Notes: a model not told the origin generated them from the letters alone. A stretch of DNA of 64,000 nt from the human T2T-CHM13v2.0 reference genome, Homo sapiens (GCF_009914755.1 NC_060931.1); one strand, 5' to 3'; shown: positions 13,386 to 27,841, counted from the stretch's first letter. Numbers and translations are program-made.

Positions 13386-15657
13386 TCAGAACCTGACGCT
13401 TCTGCTGAGGGCACACATTTTCCCTGCTAGCTGTGAAAGAGATTCTGAACACTTAGCATTCAAAAGCAGTAGTGCCTCGTAGCCGATACCAGGACTTCAG
13501 TCCTGAACTTGTGAACAGGAATAAGCCTCTCTCCTCTTCAGGAGATTGCATCTGTGTAAGAAAGATCTTAAAGGTAAGAGGGGATTGAGCCCCGGCACAA
13601 GGGAGGAGTGGAAAAGACAGTGGCTACAATTTGAATACCAGCTGTTAAGGTATTACGGTATTAACCTCCAGAATAAGAGTAACAATACAGAGTCCTCCTT
13701 CTCTGCTTGCCTGCATCTTGGGTGCTGTTAAAAGAGATGATTTATCTGCTCAGTAAATGTTTATAAAACCCCACTGTATATATAAGTACTTAGGGTTCCT
13801 TTGTACTTGACTTCTCAAGTGGAATGACTGTCATTTGGACCACTTCCTAGGCAGGGATTGCTGCAGGTTAGATGAGGGTGGGGGGCAGGGGCGAGATACC
13901 AGAGAAAGTGCCCAAGAGCACCCCAGGGGCAACTGCCAGGCAGCTTCTTTTTCTATGAGATGACTCATTTTACCACCACGAATTGAAATGAGGCTTGCAT
14001 GGGCCATTGTAGATAATCGAAAGAATGTCACCACCCTCCCATCTGTCTTCAGCTGTCACAGACTCACACACCAAGCATTTCATCAGAGTTCTAGTTCTTC
14101 AAGTTCATCTAGGTCTTTTTGACTGGAGCAATCTGACTTCCTACTTTTCTTTTGCTAGAAGGTGATAATAATTGCAGCTTCATTCACTCAGTGCTGCATT
14201 TGCTGTTTGTTGGTTTGTAATTCGATGCGCAGTCTTCTTGTGTCTTTGCGGGAGAGTTGGTTTTAGAGGTGGCACACACCAAAATCATGAATGGATTTAA
14301 GGAGGGAGAGGCTGAACTAATTTGATTGTTACCAAGTCCATAATGTGTTCCTTGGGAAAATTCCACTTGTCTGGACTGTGCTCCTCACTTTCTGAGATTG
14401 AGAACTGGAGAAAGGAGGAACGTCACAGACAAGACAGCAAGAAGCTTAAAAAACAAATTCCTGGATTTGGAGCAGTGTGCTCTGGTGGAATATTAGATGA
14501 TAAACTACACTTTGTGGTTTTGTTTTGTGCAGTTGGCTGTAGAGGCCACATGGCCCTGTATAATGACCTCTTCCCAAGATGTTAGACATCAAATCAGTTT
14601 GATTTCTACCCCCATGGGAAGAGGAACTCCGGTTGTAAAGAGGCAGCTTGAGAATAACTGGTAAAGGGTGACTTGCCATTTCCCCGCTGGTCTTGCCTCC
14701 CAGGAGTAACTGTTATTTGACCACATGACCCAGTTACAACCTGTTACCCCTGTGTGGCCAGGGCCTCACCCCCCCAGAGCACACCTTCGGGTCAGGCTCA
14801 TGCCTGATTTGTGCCTTCTTTCCTTCTCAGGGCCCTCCAGGTTGAGGGAAGACAGCTTTACACCTCCACCTTCTGTATTAGCTCCAGGATAAACTTGAAA
14901 ACTGCCTACTCTGAGGGTTTTTTTGGCATTTTAAAAGTTAAGTCTGACTTTCCGAGCCCTCTCAGCATCCTGCCAGGTATCTTATCTTATTCAAATATCC
15001 TAATTGCTTCTGGGGCTGCACATCATCCTAGCACCTAACTGACAAAATAGACCTTCACCTGAGGGCCTCATTATGCTTTCTGCCTGTGCATCAGGCCAAA
15101 AATACCTCCACAATACCTGCTCGACATCCTGGGCTTCCAAGTGACAAACAAATAATTGGGTGAAACAAACCCTGGGCGCCGAGCAGCTGCCATCAGTGTC
15201 GGAGCACAGAAGAGTCCACGGCAGTAACAGTCACAGCGCTGCCTGGTTCATGTCAGAGCAAATCTTTGAACAGTGGGTTGTGCTGACACCAGAGAATGAC
15301 AGCTTTGGAAATGGCATGCTAGTTACTGCTGCAAGTGAGGCCTCTCATGTAGACCATGACAAGCGGCTGTCATTTCCATACAGGTGAACAACTGACATCC
15401 TAGAAGGGGGAGGGCGGGAGCCACGCAGGAGGCTGTGTTTGGCAGTAGGTGGGGCCAGACTTCGGAGAGGGGTCCCAAGTACCGGTGACCCTGGCGAAAA
15501 CTAGCCTAAAAACACAGTCTCTTTCCATGCCCCTTTACTCACTCCCCACACATCTTCTCTGTTACCTCTTTGGAGTTCATCTGAGAGAGGGCTACAGAAA
15601 TACAACCCAACATGCTTAAAGGATGTTTGCATTTTCACTCTGTTCCCTCCACATCTT

Positions 15658-15833
15658 TTCTTCTTTTTCTTTCCTTTTTTTTTTGAGACAGGGTCTCACT
15701 CTGTCGCCCAGGCTGGAGTGCAGTGGTGCAATCTCGGCTCGCTGCAACCTCCACTTTCTGGCTCAAGTTATCCTCCAGCCTCAGCCTCCCAAGTAGGCTA
15801 GGACTTACAGGCACAAGCCACCATGCCTGGCTC

Positions 15834-15872
<39 letters not shown>

Positions 15873-15990
15873 AGAGACAGGGTTTCACCACATTGCCCAG
15901 GCTGGGCTCGAACTCCTGAGCTCAAAATGAACCGCCCACCTCAGCCTCCCAAAGTGCTAGGATTACAGGCATGAGCCACCACGCCCAGTG
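15658..15990 (-). mobile_element. AluJ-like with expanded middle T35 tract
   Basis: TSD cctccacatctt at 15646-15657 and 15992-16003; T run 15836-15870. Confidence 0.92.
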
Positions 15991-16138
15991 TCCTCCACAT
16001 CTTGATATGTCAGGGATTAGCTTTCCGGTCGCAATGCTTAGTTTTATAGAGGATGGAAAAGGCAAGGTTTCTGCTGATAAGGAACTCACCATGAAAAGGA
16101 ATGGGTTAGATGAAATTAAGTGCAGAATTGGGTCTAGA

Positions 16139-16293
16139 CCGGTGGTTCTCAAAGTCTCCATCAGCAATATCTGCATCCTCTGAGTGGTTGTTAGCCATGC
16201 AGAATCTCTGCCCCACCCCAAACCTACAGAATTGGAAACTCTGGGGTAGAGTCACAACTCTGTTTTCACAAGCCTTCCAGGTAGTTCTAATGC
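16139..16293. mobile_element. MER5-type hAT-Charlie fossil
   Basis: gtggttctcaaagt...gcagaatctctgccccacccca...acaagccttccaggt. Confidence 0.65.
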
Positions 16294-16433
16294 AGACGAC
16301 TGTGGTCCAGAAAAAACGAGGAAGAACATTTTGGCAGTGAGGTTTTGTAAATGCTCAGACGATCCACAGAGTCACTGGGTGAAATCATACTCTATTGCAC
16401 AGGGAATAGGTCTAGGTTCGTAGTTGGGCAGCC

Positions 16434-16556
16434 TTTTTTTTGGAGGGGACAGAGTCTCAATCTGTCGGCCAGGCTGGAGTGCAGTGTCACGATCTCAGCT
16501 CACTGCAGCCTCCATATCCTGGGCTCAGGCAGTTCTCCTGCTTCAGCCTCCTGGGT
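16434..16556 (-). mobile_element. Alu right-arm fragment
   Basis: ccaggctggagtgcagtg...ctcactgcagcctcc. Confidence 0.85.
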
Positions 16557-17190
16557 TGGTTTGTTTGTTTGTAAATATCAACTTCACCTGATCTGTTCAA
16601 AGTGCCCCTGCACCTACCATTTCCAATCCTTCCACTCTCTATAGCCTTGTGAACAGGCCTACTCATGTTTAGCGTGGTTCTGACAGATGCTAGGCCTGTA
16701 CCTAGGGCTCTGCTCATCTGAATAGAGTTTGAAACCATGACCTTGGGCCAATGTTATGCTGTAACCAGCTGAGCTAACTTGCTCAACCGCTTCTGAAAGA
16801 CAAACTGTTCCATCGAGTTCCTTCTTGGCAGGTGCTGCATCACCAATGCCGGCCTGCCATCTGTGTGAAGGGCTATCACAGCACACAACACACACACATA
16901 CTGGGCAAATGTGCCGTGATTACCACTAACTATTTTGTAAACAAAGTACTGTGTTAATTCTGTTTTAAACTGCTTTATCCAGGATTGTAGAACAATGGGC
17001 AGAAGTGTTTTGAAATCTTTTTTTCTTCTGTATTGAATATTAGAGTTTTAAGGCCATAAAATTAACATGTAAATTGAGTTTTCCCAAAAAATGTAAAACT
17101 CTTAAGAAGTTTAAGTAAGTTACCTAAATAGTAAAGCTTTTTCAGTTGTCCTTCAAGAATAGGCATCTTCCAAAACTAGTTGTGTTAAAG

Positions 17191-17675
<485 letters not shown>

Positions 17676-17859
17676 GTGATCTACATGGGTTAAATTTAAA
17701 TGCCTTTTTCAATAGGGAATATTTTCAACAGGGAATATCACACCACTCAAAGGTGTGAAATGTATCTTTACATGTAAGATGAAATTGACACATGAAAGTG
17801 AATTCAATTTTATCATGAATCGGGAGCTTTTTACAAAATGAAAATTTTCAACTCTAATT

Positions 17860-18830
17860 CAATATAGAAAATGTAGAAATGAACCCCCATATATACCCAT
17901 TACCTAGATTCATATTAAGACTTTTCCACAATTATTTTTAGGTGATAGGCTGGATAGGGCGATGTCCACCTTTTTTTTCTTTATTGCTGAAATATTTTAA
18001 AGCATGTCTCAGACTTCATATCATTTTACGACTACATACTTTAGTGCACATCTATAAAAAAGAACATTTCTTACAAAATCACATGTTGTTATCACACTAA
18101 CTAAATATGCAGTAATTCCTCAGTGTCATCTGAGGAATATACCCATCCATGATCTCATCTCCATGATTGTCCCACAAGGGGTCATTTTACGTGATCTGTG
18201 CACATCAGGATACAAACAGACACACATACTGCATGTCTTAAATCTAGAGTGCTCCACCCTCCCCAGCTTCCCATTCTTTCAAGTCATTGACTTGTTGCAG
18301 AAACCAGGTCAGCTGTCCTGAAGACTGCCCCACATTCTGGAAGTCCTTGCGGTGTCATTTAGCTTGTTCCTCTGTCCCTCGTATTTCCTGTAAATGGAAG
18401 TTGGCCGTAAAGCTTTGATTAGATTCAGGTTAGAGTTCCTGGCAAGAAAACTTCATAGGCATTGCAACGAACCTCATGTTGCCTCACATCTGGGAACACA
18501 CAGTGTCTGGGTGTCCCAGTTTTAGTGATGTCAAAATTATTCAGTAAGTTTAGGTTGTGGCAACCTGATACTTGCATTGGCATGTTCCCCGTCAAGCTTT
18601 TATCTCATGGTCTCATCTATTGATGATGCTTGCCTGATGCAGTAATTCATTAGAGATGGCAGAGGGTGACTTTTCTAGCATTATTCCACATTTATTGGCT
18701 GAAATTCTTCAGTACAATGGCACTTTCCCTCATCAACTAGAGTTCTTTGGTTACACTCAAATATAATACAAGGAAAAAAGTAAATGCTCAATTCTCTCCT
18801 TCTAATTGCATGTTTTCAGAGCAAAAAGTT
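17860..18830 (-). mobile_element. Old L1 3' region (L1MC-like)
   Basis: tacccattacctagattc...tgaaatattttaaagca...ttatcacactaa...ttgattagattcaggtt motifs. Confidence 0.65.
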
Positions 18831-19147
18831 GGTGCTCTACCAGGAGTTTATTAATAAGTCTGAACAGTTCTCTGCATTTTTCTTACAATAAATCTAACCT
18901 ATGCTTTCAGTGCATTGAGCTTTTCTTACATGGTTTGTGTTTATCAATTGGAGGGACAAAATATCTAAAAATTAGAAAGGTACTGCAAGAACAACATCGT
19001 CAAATGAGGTCATACACACTTAAGTGTGTGTGAATTTAGTCATACCTGCCCTTCATAGCTCTGTTCAAATGCCACATTCTCCAGGAAGCCCTCCTACCTT
19101 CCCAAGGTTTGAACCTTTCCTGTGGCACTTCCTGCATCCTGCCTGTC

Positions 19148-19474
19148 TTTTTTTCTTTTCTTTTCTTTTCTTTTCTTTTCTTTTCTTTTTTTTTAAGATG
19201 GTGTCTCACTCTGTCACCCAGCCTGTAGCAGTGGCATGATCTCAGCTCACTGCAACCTTCGCCTCCTGGACTCTAGTGATTCTCCTGCCTTGGCCTCCCA
19301 AGTAGCTGGGATTACAGGCGCATGCCACCACACCCAGCTAATTTTTGTATTTTTAGTAGAGATGAGGTTTCACCATGTTAGCCAGGCTGGTCTCCAACCC
19401 CTGACCTCAAGCCATCCACCTGCCCTGTCCTCCCAAAGTGCTGGGATTTACAGGCATGAGCCACCATGCCCACT
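19148..19474 (-). mobile_element. AluS with (TTTTC)n tail
   Basis: Full dimer; TSD cctgcctgtcttt. Confidence 0.9.
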
Positions 19475-19994
19475 GCCTGCCTGTCTTTTATTGAAGTTGT
19501 AGATGTCCTCTTCCCCTTTTCTCTGAATTCTACCCCTATCCTACCCATGGTGACCCACAGGGTGCTTTGAATTAAAATGAATTAAAATATAATATCCTAA
19601 AAGTGATTTCAAACTTTGGAATTTAGGTTATATCCTGAGAATCTTAAGTGACTTGATTCAAGAAAGTAGGCAAAAACCTGAATCGTGTTTGGTCTGATCA
19701 ACCCATTTGGAATTAATCGAAAATCTGATGATCCCAACTGGGTACTTTTCAGGAAAGGAGTGGGAGGCTGCCCACGTATATTGAGTGCCTACAGTGTGCC
19801 AGGGCACCTGCTGATTTATTTGATTCATACAGTAGCCTAGCCAGGTCCGTCTATTACCTGTGAGAACACTGGTGACTGGTAAGTGACAGTGAGTTCTTGC
19901 CATCTCCTGTTCTTTGCCCTTTCTCTTATACCAGCCCAGCATAAAGAGGATCGGGGGCTTCAGTTTGGTGAATTTAAAAATGTCTCTTGTTAAA

Positions 19995-20278
19995 GGCCGG
20001 GCACAGTGGCTCATGCCTGTAATCCCAGCACTTTGGGAGGCTGAGGCGGGTGGATCACGAGGTCAGGAGATTGAGACCATCCTGGCTAACACAGTGAAAC
20101 CCCATCTCTACTAAATATACAAAAAATTAGCCGGATGTGGTGGCAGGCGCCTGTAGTCCCAGCTACTCGGGAAGCTGAGGCAGGAGAATGGCGTGAACCC
20201 GGCCGGGAGGCAGAGCTTGCAGTGAGCCTAGATGGCGCCACTGCACTCCAACCTGGGTGACAGAGCGAGACTCCGTCT

Positions 20279-20309
<31 letters not shown>
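19995..20309 (+). mobile_element. AluY
   Basis: Y diagnostics, ~30-nt A tail, 4-nt internal duplication (cccggccggg), flanking gtctcttgtt repeat. Confidence 0.95.
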
Positions 20310-20312
<3 letters not shown>

Positions 20313-20680
20313 AAGTCTCTTGTTCACAACACAGCTTCTCATCCAGCCTGACCTGTTTGAAGTATGTCTGGGGTGGAAGATCCTGGTGATGCAATTCCAG
20401 CCTGGGAAAACTTGAGGAGAGGTTCAGTATAGCACCATGGGCGGCAGGCTGTCAGTGTGTGTTAGATGTATTCGGTTACTTCGTTTTATGGGAGATTTCA
20501 TGTGATACTAAGACGTAACCTCCCACAAAATGAGATTTATAGAATTGGGTATATGTCTAATCAATAAACATCAAACTGGAAAAACTGTAAAGGCATTTCA
20601 AGTGATAGTAGTTATGGCTGGAAATCTCAGTGGAGTTATTTTTTTTTTTTTTTTTTTTATTACTGTTTAAGCCTTGACAC

Positions 20681-21096
20681 TTTTATTTATTTAGACACTG
20701 GGTCTCACTCTGTCACCCAGACTGTGGTGCAGTGGCACGGTCATAGCTTACTGCAGCCTTGAACTCCTGGGCTCAAGTGATCCTCCTGCCCCAGCCTTGC
20801 GAGTAGCTAAGACTATATAGGTGCATATATACGTGCGTGCCACCACACCTGGCTAATTTTTTAATTTTCTATGGAGACACCGTCTTGCTATGTTGCCCAG
20901 GCTAGTCTGGAACTCCTGGCCTCAAGTGATCCTCCTATCCCAGCCTCCGAAGTAGCTGGAACTACAGGCCTGTACCACCATACCCGGCTAACTTTTTAAA
21001 TATTTTTGTAGAGATGGGGTCTTGCTGTGTTGCACAGGCTGGTCTGGAACTCCTGGCCTCAGGCGATTAATCCTCTCACCCCTGCCTCCCAAAGCA
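20681..21096 (-). mobile_element. Old AluJ/FLAM array of three monomers
   Basis: Three successive gaactcctgg(g/c)ctca(a/g)g(t/c)gat monomer cores. Confidence 0.85.
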
Positions 21097-22025
21097 TCGA
21101 GCTCCTGGTGCACTTTCTAACTCACCCTTCGAGGATGTGTGTATTTATATGTGTCAGGGAGAGGAAATTGATCTCCTGAGGGGTGGGTGGAAGAGCACTT
21201 GTCCCTAGTTAATCCTTTTTTGCCTGTTCTTTAAAAAGCGTGATAGATAGGCCAACCCACTATGAGTTTTCTGGTGGCAAAAGTACAAGAAATCCCTGCT
21301 ATTTATCCACTATCTGTGTAGCTTCCTCTTTGAAGCACCTCAAGCCCTCGCCAGCCTCTTCTTGTCCGTTGCTGATCTTTGGCTCTGGGTGCCAGTCAGC
21401 CTCAGGGGCGGTGCTGCCTTTTTTGGCAGAGTATCACTGTTAAGCCACTTTTTCTCTTTAAAAAATGCTACACAGAGGTTTTTGAACCTGAAATGCAATT
21501 ATTTTAAAGGCATCCTCACCACTCACTTCCCGAGTGCTCTGTTACACCCAGCGCCACCTGCCAACCACAGTGAACATCCAGCCATGTCATTTCTTCCATT
21601 CCTGCCCTGGAGTAAAGTAGATTTACTGAGCTGATGACTTGTGTGCATTTGTACATTGCAACCTTAGCTTACCTCTTGAAGCATGTAGAGCATTCATCAC
21701 CCACCATTCATTCACTGCCTACTCCCACCACAGCTGTTTCGTGGTCTGTCTGCTCCCTGTGCCACCCCCACCCCATCAGGTGGGCCTTTTGCAAGTGATG
21801 AAGTCACCTGTGGGGGAAGAGCTTTCCTTTCCTCTCCTCAACTCAGAAGGCCTCTTCCTCTTGCTCAAGAGGGTGCTGCTGCTTTCTGCCTCCTTCCCCG
21901 GCCGGCCTCCATCCCAGTTCACCTTTTCAGACATGGCCCCTCAGTCAACTCTTCCCTTTTCTCCTGGCTTTTTATTTCTCCCAGTCTCTTAAGAGTATCC
22001 TTAGCTTTAAAAACAATAACACAGA

Positions 22026-22335
<310 letters not shown>

Positions 22336-22478
22336 CCCAATAACACAGAAATGCAAACAACAGATCTAGCCCTGCTGCTTCTTCATATACTTCAAACAAA
22401 GAAACCTTTTTTGATATCTTTTTTTCATTCCCCCTTTGTATAAAATACCTTGCATTGGTATATCTTTTTGGTGATAAT

Positions 22479-22612
22479 TAAGGTGACTATATAACTTACT
22501 GTCCAGGCCTGGACACTTTTGAGAGTGAAATCGACTGTTTCTTCATCATTATCCTGGGACAACAGGCCTCACCCTGGACTGTCCATGTAAACCAGGGCAT
22601 ATAATCACCCAA
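22479..22612. mobile_element. MER94-like hAT-Blackjack MITE
   Basis: Ends taaggtgactat...ataatcacccaa, internal ggacacttttgagagtgaaa, 8-bp TSD gtgataat/gtgatcat. Confidence 0.75.
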
Positions 22613-22661
22613 GTGATCATCCAAGGTTTTTCAGTTTGTCAGAGTGGTTCAATCCACTCGT

Positions 22662-22830
22662 GATGATACTGCCATTTATTGAGTACTTACTATGAGATGA
22701 GCTTTGTTCTGATCACTTCAATTAACCCATGGAACCCTCACAGTGCCCTTTTGAGGTAGATGGTATTAACACTGTTTTGACTGTGAGGAAACTAAGGCTG
22801 AACAAGTTGCTCAAGGTTACACACCTAGTT
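22662..22830 (-). mobile_element. MIR
   Basis: catttattgagtacttactatg...tgaggaaactaaggct...ttgctcaaggttacacacctagt. Confidence 0.75.
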
Positions 22831-23027
22831 ACGTCCTCCACACTCACCCCATGCTACATCAGCCCCCAAGGTCAACATCCATATCTCCCCTGAGCTGTTA
22901 GCAGAGATTTCTAAATGTCTGCTCAATTAAAAGGAGTGTACACTGTAAACAAGAGTATCGCCTTCCAAAGTAAGCGTTTAGGGTTGCCTGGTTGTCAAGG
23001 GCTCAATAACAGGAGTGAAGTACTTAA

Positions 23028-23405
<378 letters not shown>

Positions 23406-24874
23406 AAGACACACATTTTTAAAACAAAGAAATGGAAAAGTCTAGACTCTAAGCTGGTTACACCCCACACAGTGAAATTCTGGTTATTTGTTTCTGCTGA
23501 TTTTTCTCATCTCACAGGTTTCTCATTCCCGAAGGTAATTTAGGATGATGTTACTTAAGAACTGGAGTTAACTTAGTGACCAGATATTAAGCCATGAATT
23601 TCTTGGTCTTCCTAGGAATGGGAATTTTACACAAGTACAAGCATCTCTTTTGAGAACTTAGGCCTCTCACAGATCTCTAGCCTGACGTCTCATTCGTATC
23701 TCTTTTCTTTCCCTTGCTGTTGCTGTTCTTCTTCCCCTACTTTAAAAAGCCTTTCCTGCCAAAATCTGAATCGTTACTCCACGGAGTTTATTATTTAGGC
23801 AGATCCGAAGATCAACACGAAGTCTTTTTGTTGTTGTTTTCTTGTATTTTTTTTTTTAATGCCACCAGGGTGACAGGAAGATTTACTGAAAGCTGAACTT
23901 ATTTTGTTTGCTCTAATATTCACAAGCCTCAAGAGTTTAAGGAAGTGGTAAGTACACCCGCTGCCTCGGGGAATACTGTTAGGGTATGAGCATAAAGTTA
24001 TCCACACTCGTCTCCAAATCGCAGGCGTCAATCTGTAGGGATTATGCAGCGGGGGAAGAAGGTGGCTATTACCCAGAAGAGAGCTGCTTGAGAGCTTTTC
24101 AGCATTCTTCCCCACGGGCACAGAGCATCTTCTCTTCATGTTCCTACAAAGTGTTATGGAGAGGAAAGTAGTTGGTAGGGATCTTTTTATTGTACATATG
24201 TTTTAACACACACACACACCCCTTTCTTTCAGCTCTGGTTCCCTCTAAAAAGGTCCTGTTCTCATCCTGGCCACCAGACTTCTTCCACCAGGGGTCCCTT
24301 CTCTCTTTCTTTGTCACCAGGCCAAGTTTGTTAACCATCTTCAGAATTACAGGACTTTAGTAGCTGAGGAATTCCTTTTAAAGTGGTTCCAAACTCAGCA
24401 CCTTTAGGCAACACAGCACATTGTTCTGCTTTGTTAAGAGAAGCTTGTTTTGAAGAGCTAGGAAAATGAGTTCAAGCTCAGATTTCTCTGGGTAGAAAGG
24501 GTATCCCATATCAGATGATGATGTGAAGAAGCAGATTGTGAACTGTAAAGTGAAAAGGTCTTAAACACGAGAGATAAGCAAAGGGGTGTGTATTTCAGGT
24601 AACATACAAACACAAGGGAAACAGACCTCTGGCATCTCATCGCATCTATAAATCTGGATGATTTCAGGCAAAAATGAAAACATTTGCTTTTCTTCAATCT
24701 TGGGAATTTCTAAAACATTGAGTTTTTTAATAATAATAATAATAATAGCACCATTTGCTGAGCCCCAAATATATGTCTTCTGCTCTACTGGGCTCCTGAT
24801 ATACGTTCTCTCTAGTGGGCCCAGGACCTGCAAGGCTGGTATTGTTACTGCTGTATAGAGGTTCAAGGAGATGA

Positions 24875-25200
<326 letters not shown>

Positions 25201-25364
25201 TCTTTTGTCAATTTATCCAGTGATCAGGTATTTGAGTGCCTACCTGACATTGTCTGAGAGACAGTGGACACTGAGATGTTGTACATAGCTTTGCTTGTAG
25301 CAGTTCATGACCTGCTACTGGGCTAGTCAGATATTGACCCTGAGTCTATTGGACCGTAGCTCAC

Positions 25365-25890
25365 TTTCTTTTTATGTTGCAAAATTGCAAACCTGTAGAA
25401 ATGTTGAAAGAACAGTATGACAAACACCCATATACCCTTCACCTAGATCCACTGTTCTTAACATTTTTCTACATTTGCTTTAGCTCTCTTTTTTTTAGAT
25501 AAGTCATTTCAATGTTAAAAGTATCATGATGCTTCAGTATTCATCTGCTGCACTTTCTGCATAATCTCATACCATTATCATACCTCCGAAAGTTAGCTGT
25601 GATTCTGTAATGTTATCTAGGATATAATTCATATTGAACTTTCCTTGCTTGTTTCCAAAGTGTGCTTTTTTACAAAATAGTGAGCTTTTTTTTTTCTTTC
25701 ATTTTTGAATCCAGGATTCAATGAAGACCACACCTTTTTGGTTGATACGTCTCTTTGACCTCTTGAAATTAAATATAGCCCCCAGTCCCGGCCCCAACCC
25801 CTTTTAAAATCTTTAAATGACATCAGCAGTTTAAAGAGCCCAGGCTGGTTGTCTTTTAGGAAGTCCTACTTTGTGAATTTCCTCATGGTG
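25365..25890 (-). mobile_element. Old L1 3' region (L1MC-like)
   Basis: aacacccatatacccttcacctagat...ataccattatcatacct...gaatccaggattcaa. Confidence 0.65.
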
Positions 25891-27555
25891 GGGTTTGTTA
25901 CCCAATTATTTTTTAATTAAAAAAAAATTCCATTTTCAGTCTGTGTTCACACTGCTTTATGAGTCCAGTTTGCTTAGATTTTTTGTGGGGGTACTTAGAT
26001 GTAGCTGCTTTGGGAAGAGGGACACGTGGAAAATATAGAGGGAGATGGGGAATATTTAGTTCAGCATTTTATATGCTATAAATAATTATAGCTGTATAGC
26101 CAAATGAGCTTTTAGAGCTCTGGATTCCATTGGAATTTAAGGATTTTTCTCTTCCCCTCTTTTCTTGTAGAGATTAGTTTGTTGCCAACAACCCTGGAAC
26201 TGGCGAACTGCTTAAGGCATAATGTTTTCATTAAGAAAGGATTTAACTAATTAGATTTGACTAGCAAGCTGACAGGTTAATCAATAAGGGAAGTGGGGCT
26301 CAGCACCCCTTAAGTTGGGAGTCTCCATTAAGTCATTATGGTGTCTGCTAAAACATTCTTCTTCACAATGATTCTTAAGAATTTTTACGTGAATCCCTCT
26401 AATAAATGTTAGAAAATCCTGTCCCTTTCAAATTCCGTAAAGATCTGTATTGTGTTCATGTATTTCAGATTCAAACTGTTGAGTATTTTAGGGAGCCTCG
26501 CAGTGTCAGACAGGCCCTTAAATATTGTCTTATTTTTACTTTTGAAGACCCAGTGGGCCTGTTCATCCTTTGTCATGTTACTTCAGCTTTTACAAACTAA
26601 CTTCACTGCAGTTTATTATTTAAATTTAATTTGTTCCCAGATAAACCTGAATGTTGATTAAAACCAGTAATTTGGTTAAGTGTCAGAATTAGAAGAAGGA
26701 TGTGGAAAGTGACGAGTCGGGGATAGGAGTAGAGAACGTGAGCTTCTTGAGTCACCTGCAATGGGTGGTGTTTTATAATGCTCTCTTCCCTAATCATGTT
26801 AATCAGGAGATTTTCCTTTTGGAACTCCTGACTGAAAGCTTCTTAGTTTACACACATGTTCCTCCAGGATGAACGCTGAAAATAACTTTTTCGGTTTTGT
26901 TTGTTTGTTTGTTTTCCTCTATACAACCCCTTGCAATTGCTTTGGTTTAGAACACCTTTGGATTCTAAGTTTCATGGTTGTTCTGGGAGACACCACATTC
27001 ACCCTCTCAACCCAAGACCTTGAAGATGGGAGGTTTTTCGGACCTCATCATAGACCTCCAAGGGCACTTGGAAGCTCAGAGAGGCCAAACTGCCCCAGGA
27101 CCAGTGGGCTGGCAAATGGCACACCTGGATTTGGCAGAAAGCCCCTAGAGCCTGCACTCTTAGCCACTCTGTTAAAGGAGCTCTTCTTTTTGAGTCAGAC
27201 AGACAGCAGGAAGCGCCCGCTGTACAGATTGTCAAGTGCATAGTGCTTGGAGGCATTTGAAGGAAGTAAAAGGCTCTATTTTTTTCCCCAGAGAAACTGT
27301 TTTAATTTACCTTTCTGAGTTGTAGAGAAAAATACTCGCGTAGCTCTGCTCTTATTTATGTATTTTCAATAAAACAAACTTGTGTATTTGGGTTTTAGTT
27401 TAACAGGTCATTGGCCCACATGTAAAGCTGATTTGTTAGGAGTCATTACCTAGAAAATAAAATTCTGAAATAAAGATCAAGTATTCCTGAAACTAACGTT
27501 TTGTTTATAGACCTTTGCAAGTATACATGTAGACTTTTTGAGAATTTGAGAAGGG

Positions 27556-27841
27556 TTTTTGAGACAGAGTCTGGGTCTGTCACCCAGGCTGGAGTGCAGT
27601 GGTGCGATCACCACTCACTGCAAGCTCCACCTCCCGGTTCAAGCAGTTCTCCTGCCTCAGCCTCCCGAGTAGCTGGGATTATGGGCACCTGCCACCACAC
27701 CTGGCTAATTTTTGTGTTTTTAGTAGAGATGGGGTTTTACCATGTTGGCAAGGCTGGTCTCAAACTCCTAGCCTCAGGTGATCCGCCTGCCTCGGCCTCT
27801 CAAAGTGTTGGGATTACAGGCGTGAGCCACCCCATTTGGCT
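27556..27841 (-). mobile_element. AluS
   Basis: Full dimer with a short tail. Confidence 0.92.

Noticed and set aside
18115-18138. 9-bp hairpin attcctcag-tgtcat-ctgaggaat (7-bp one at 54592-54607)
   Set aside because: Short enough to occur by chance; the first lies in an L1 remnant.
23518-23534. 17-nt microexon-like unit (ctcacag|...AAG|gtaatt), also an AG|GT junction
   Set aside because: Frame-shifting, AG|GTTTCT is not a recursive-splice consensus, and such matches are common in 60 kb of intron.
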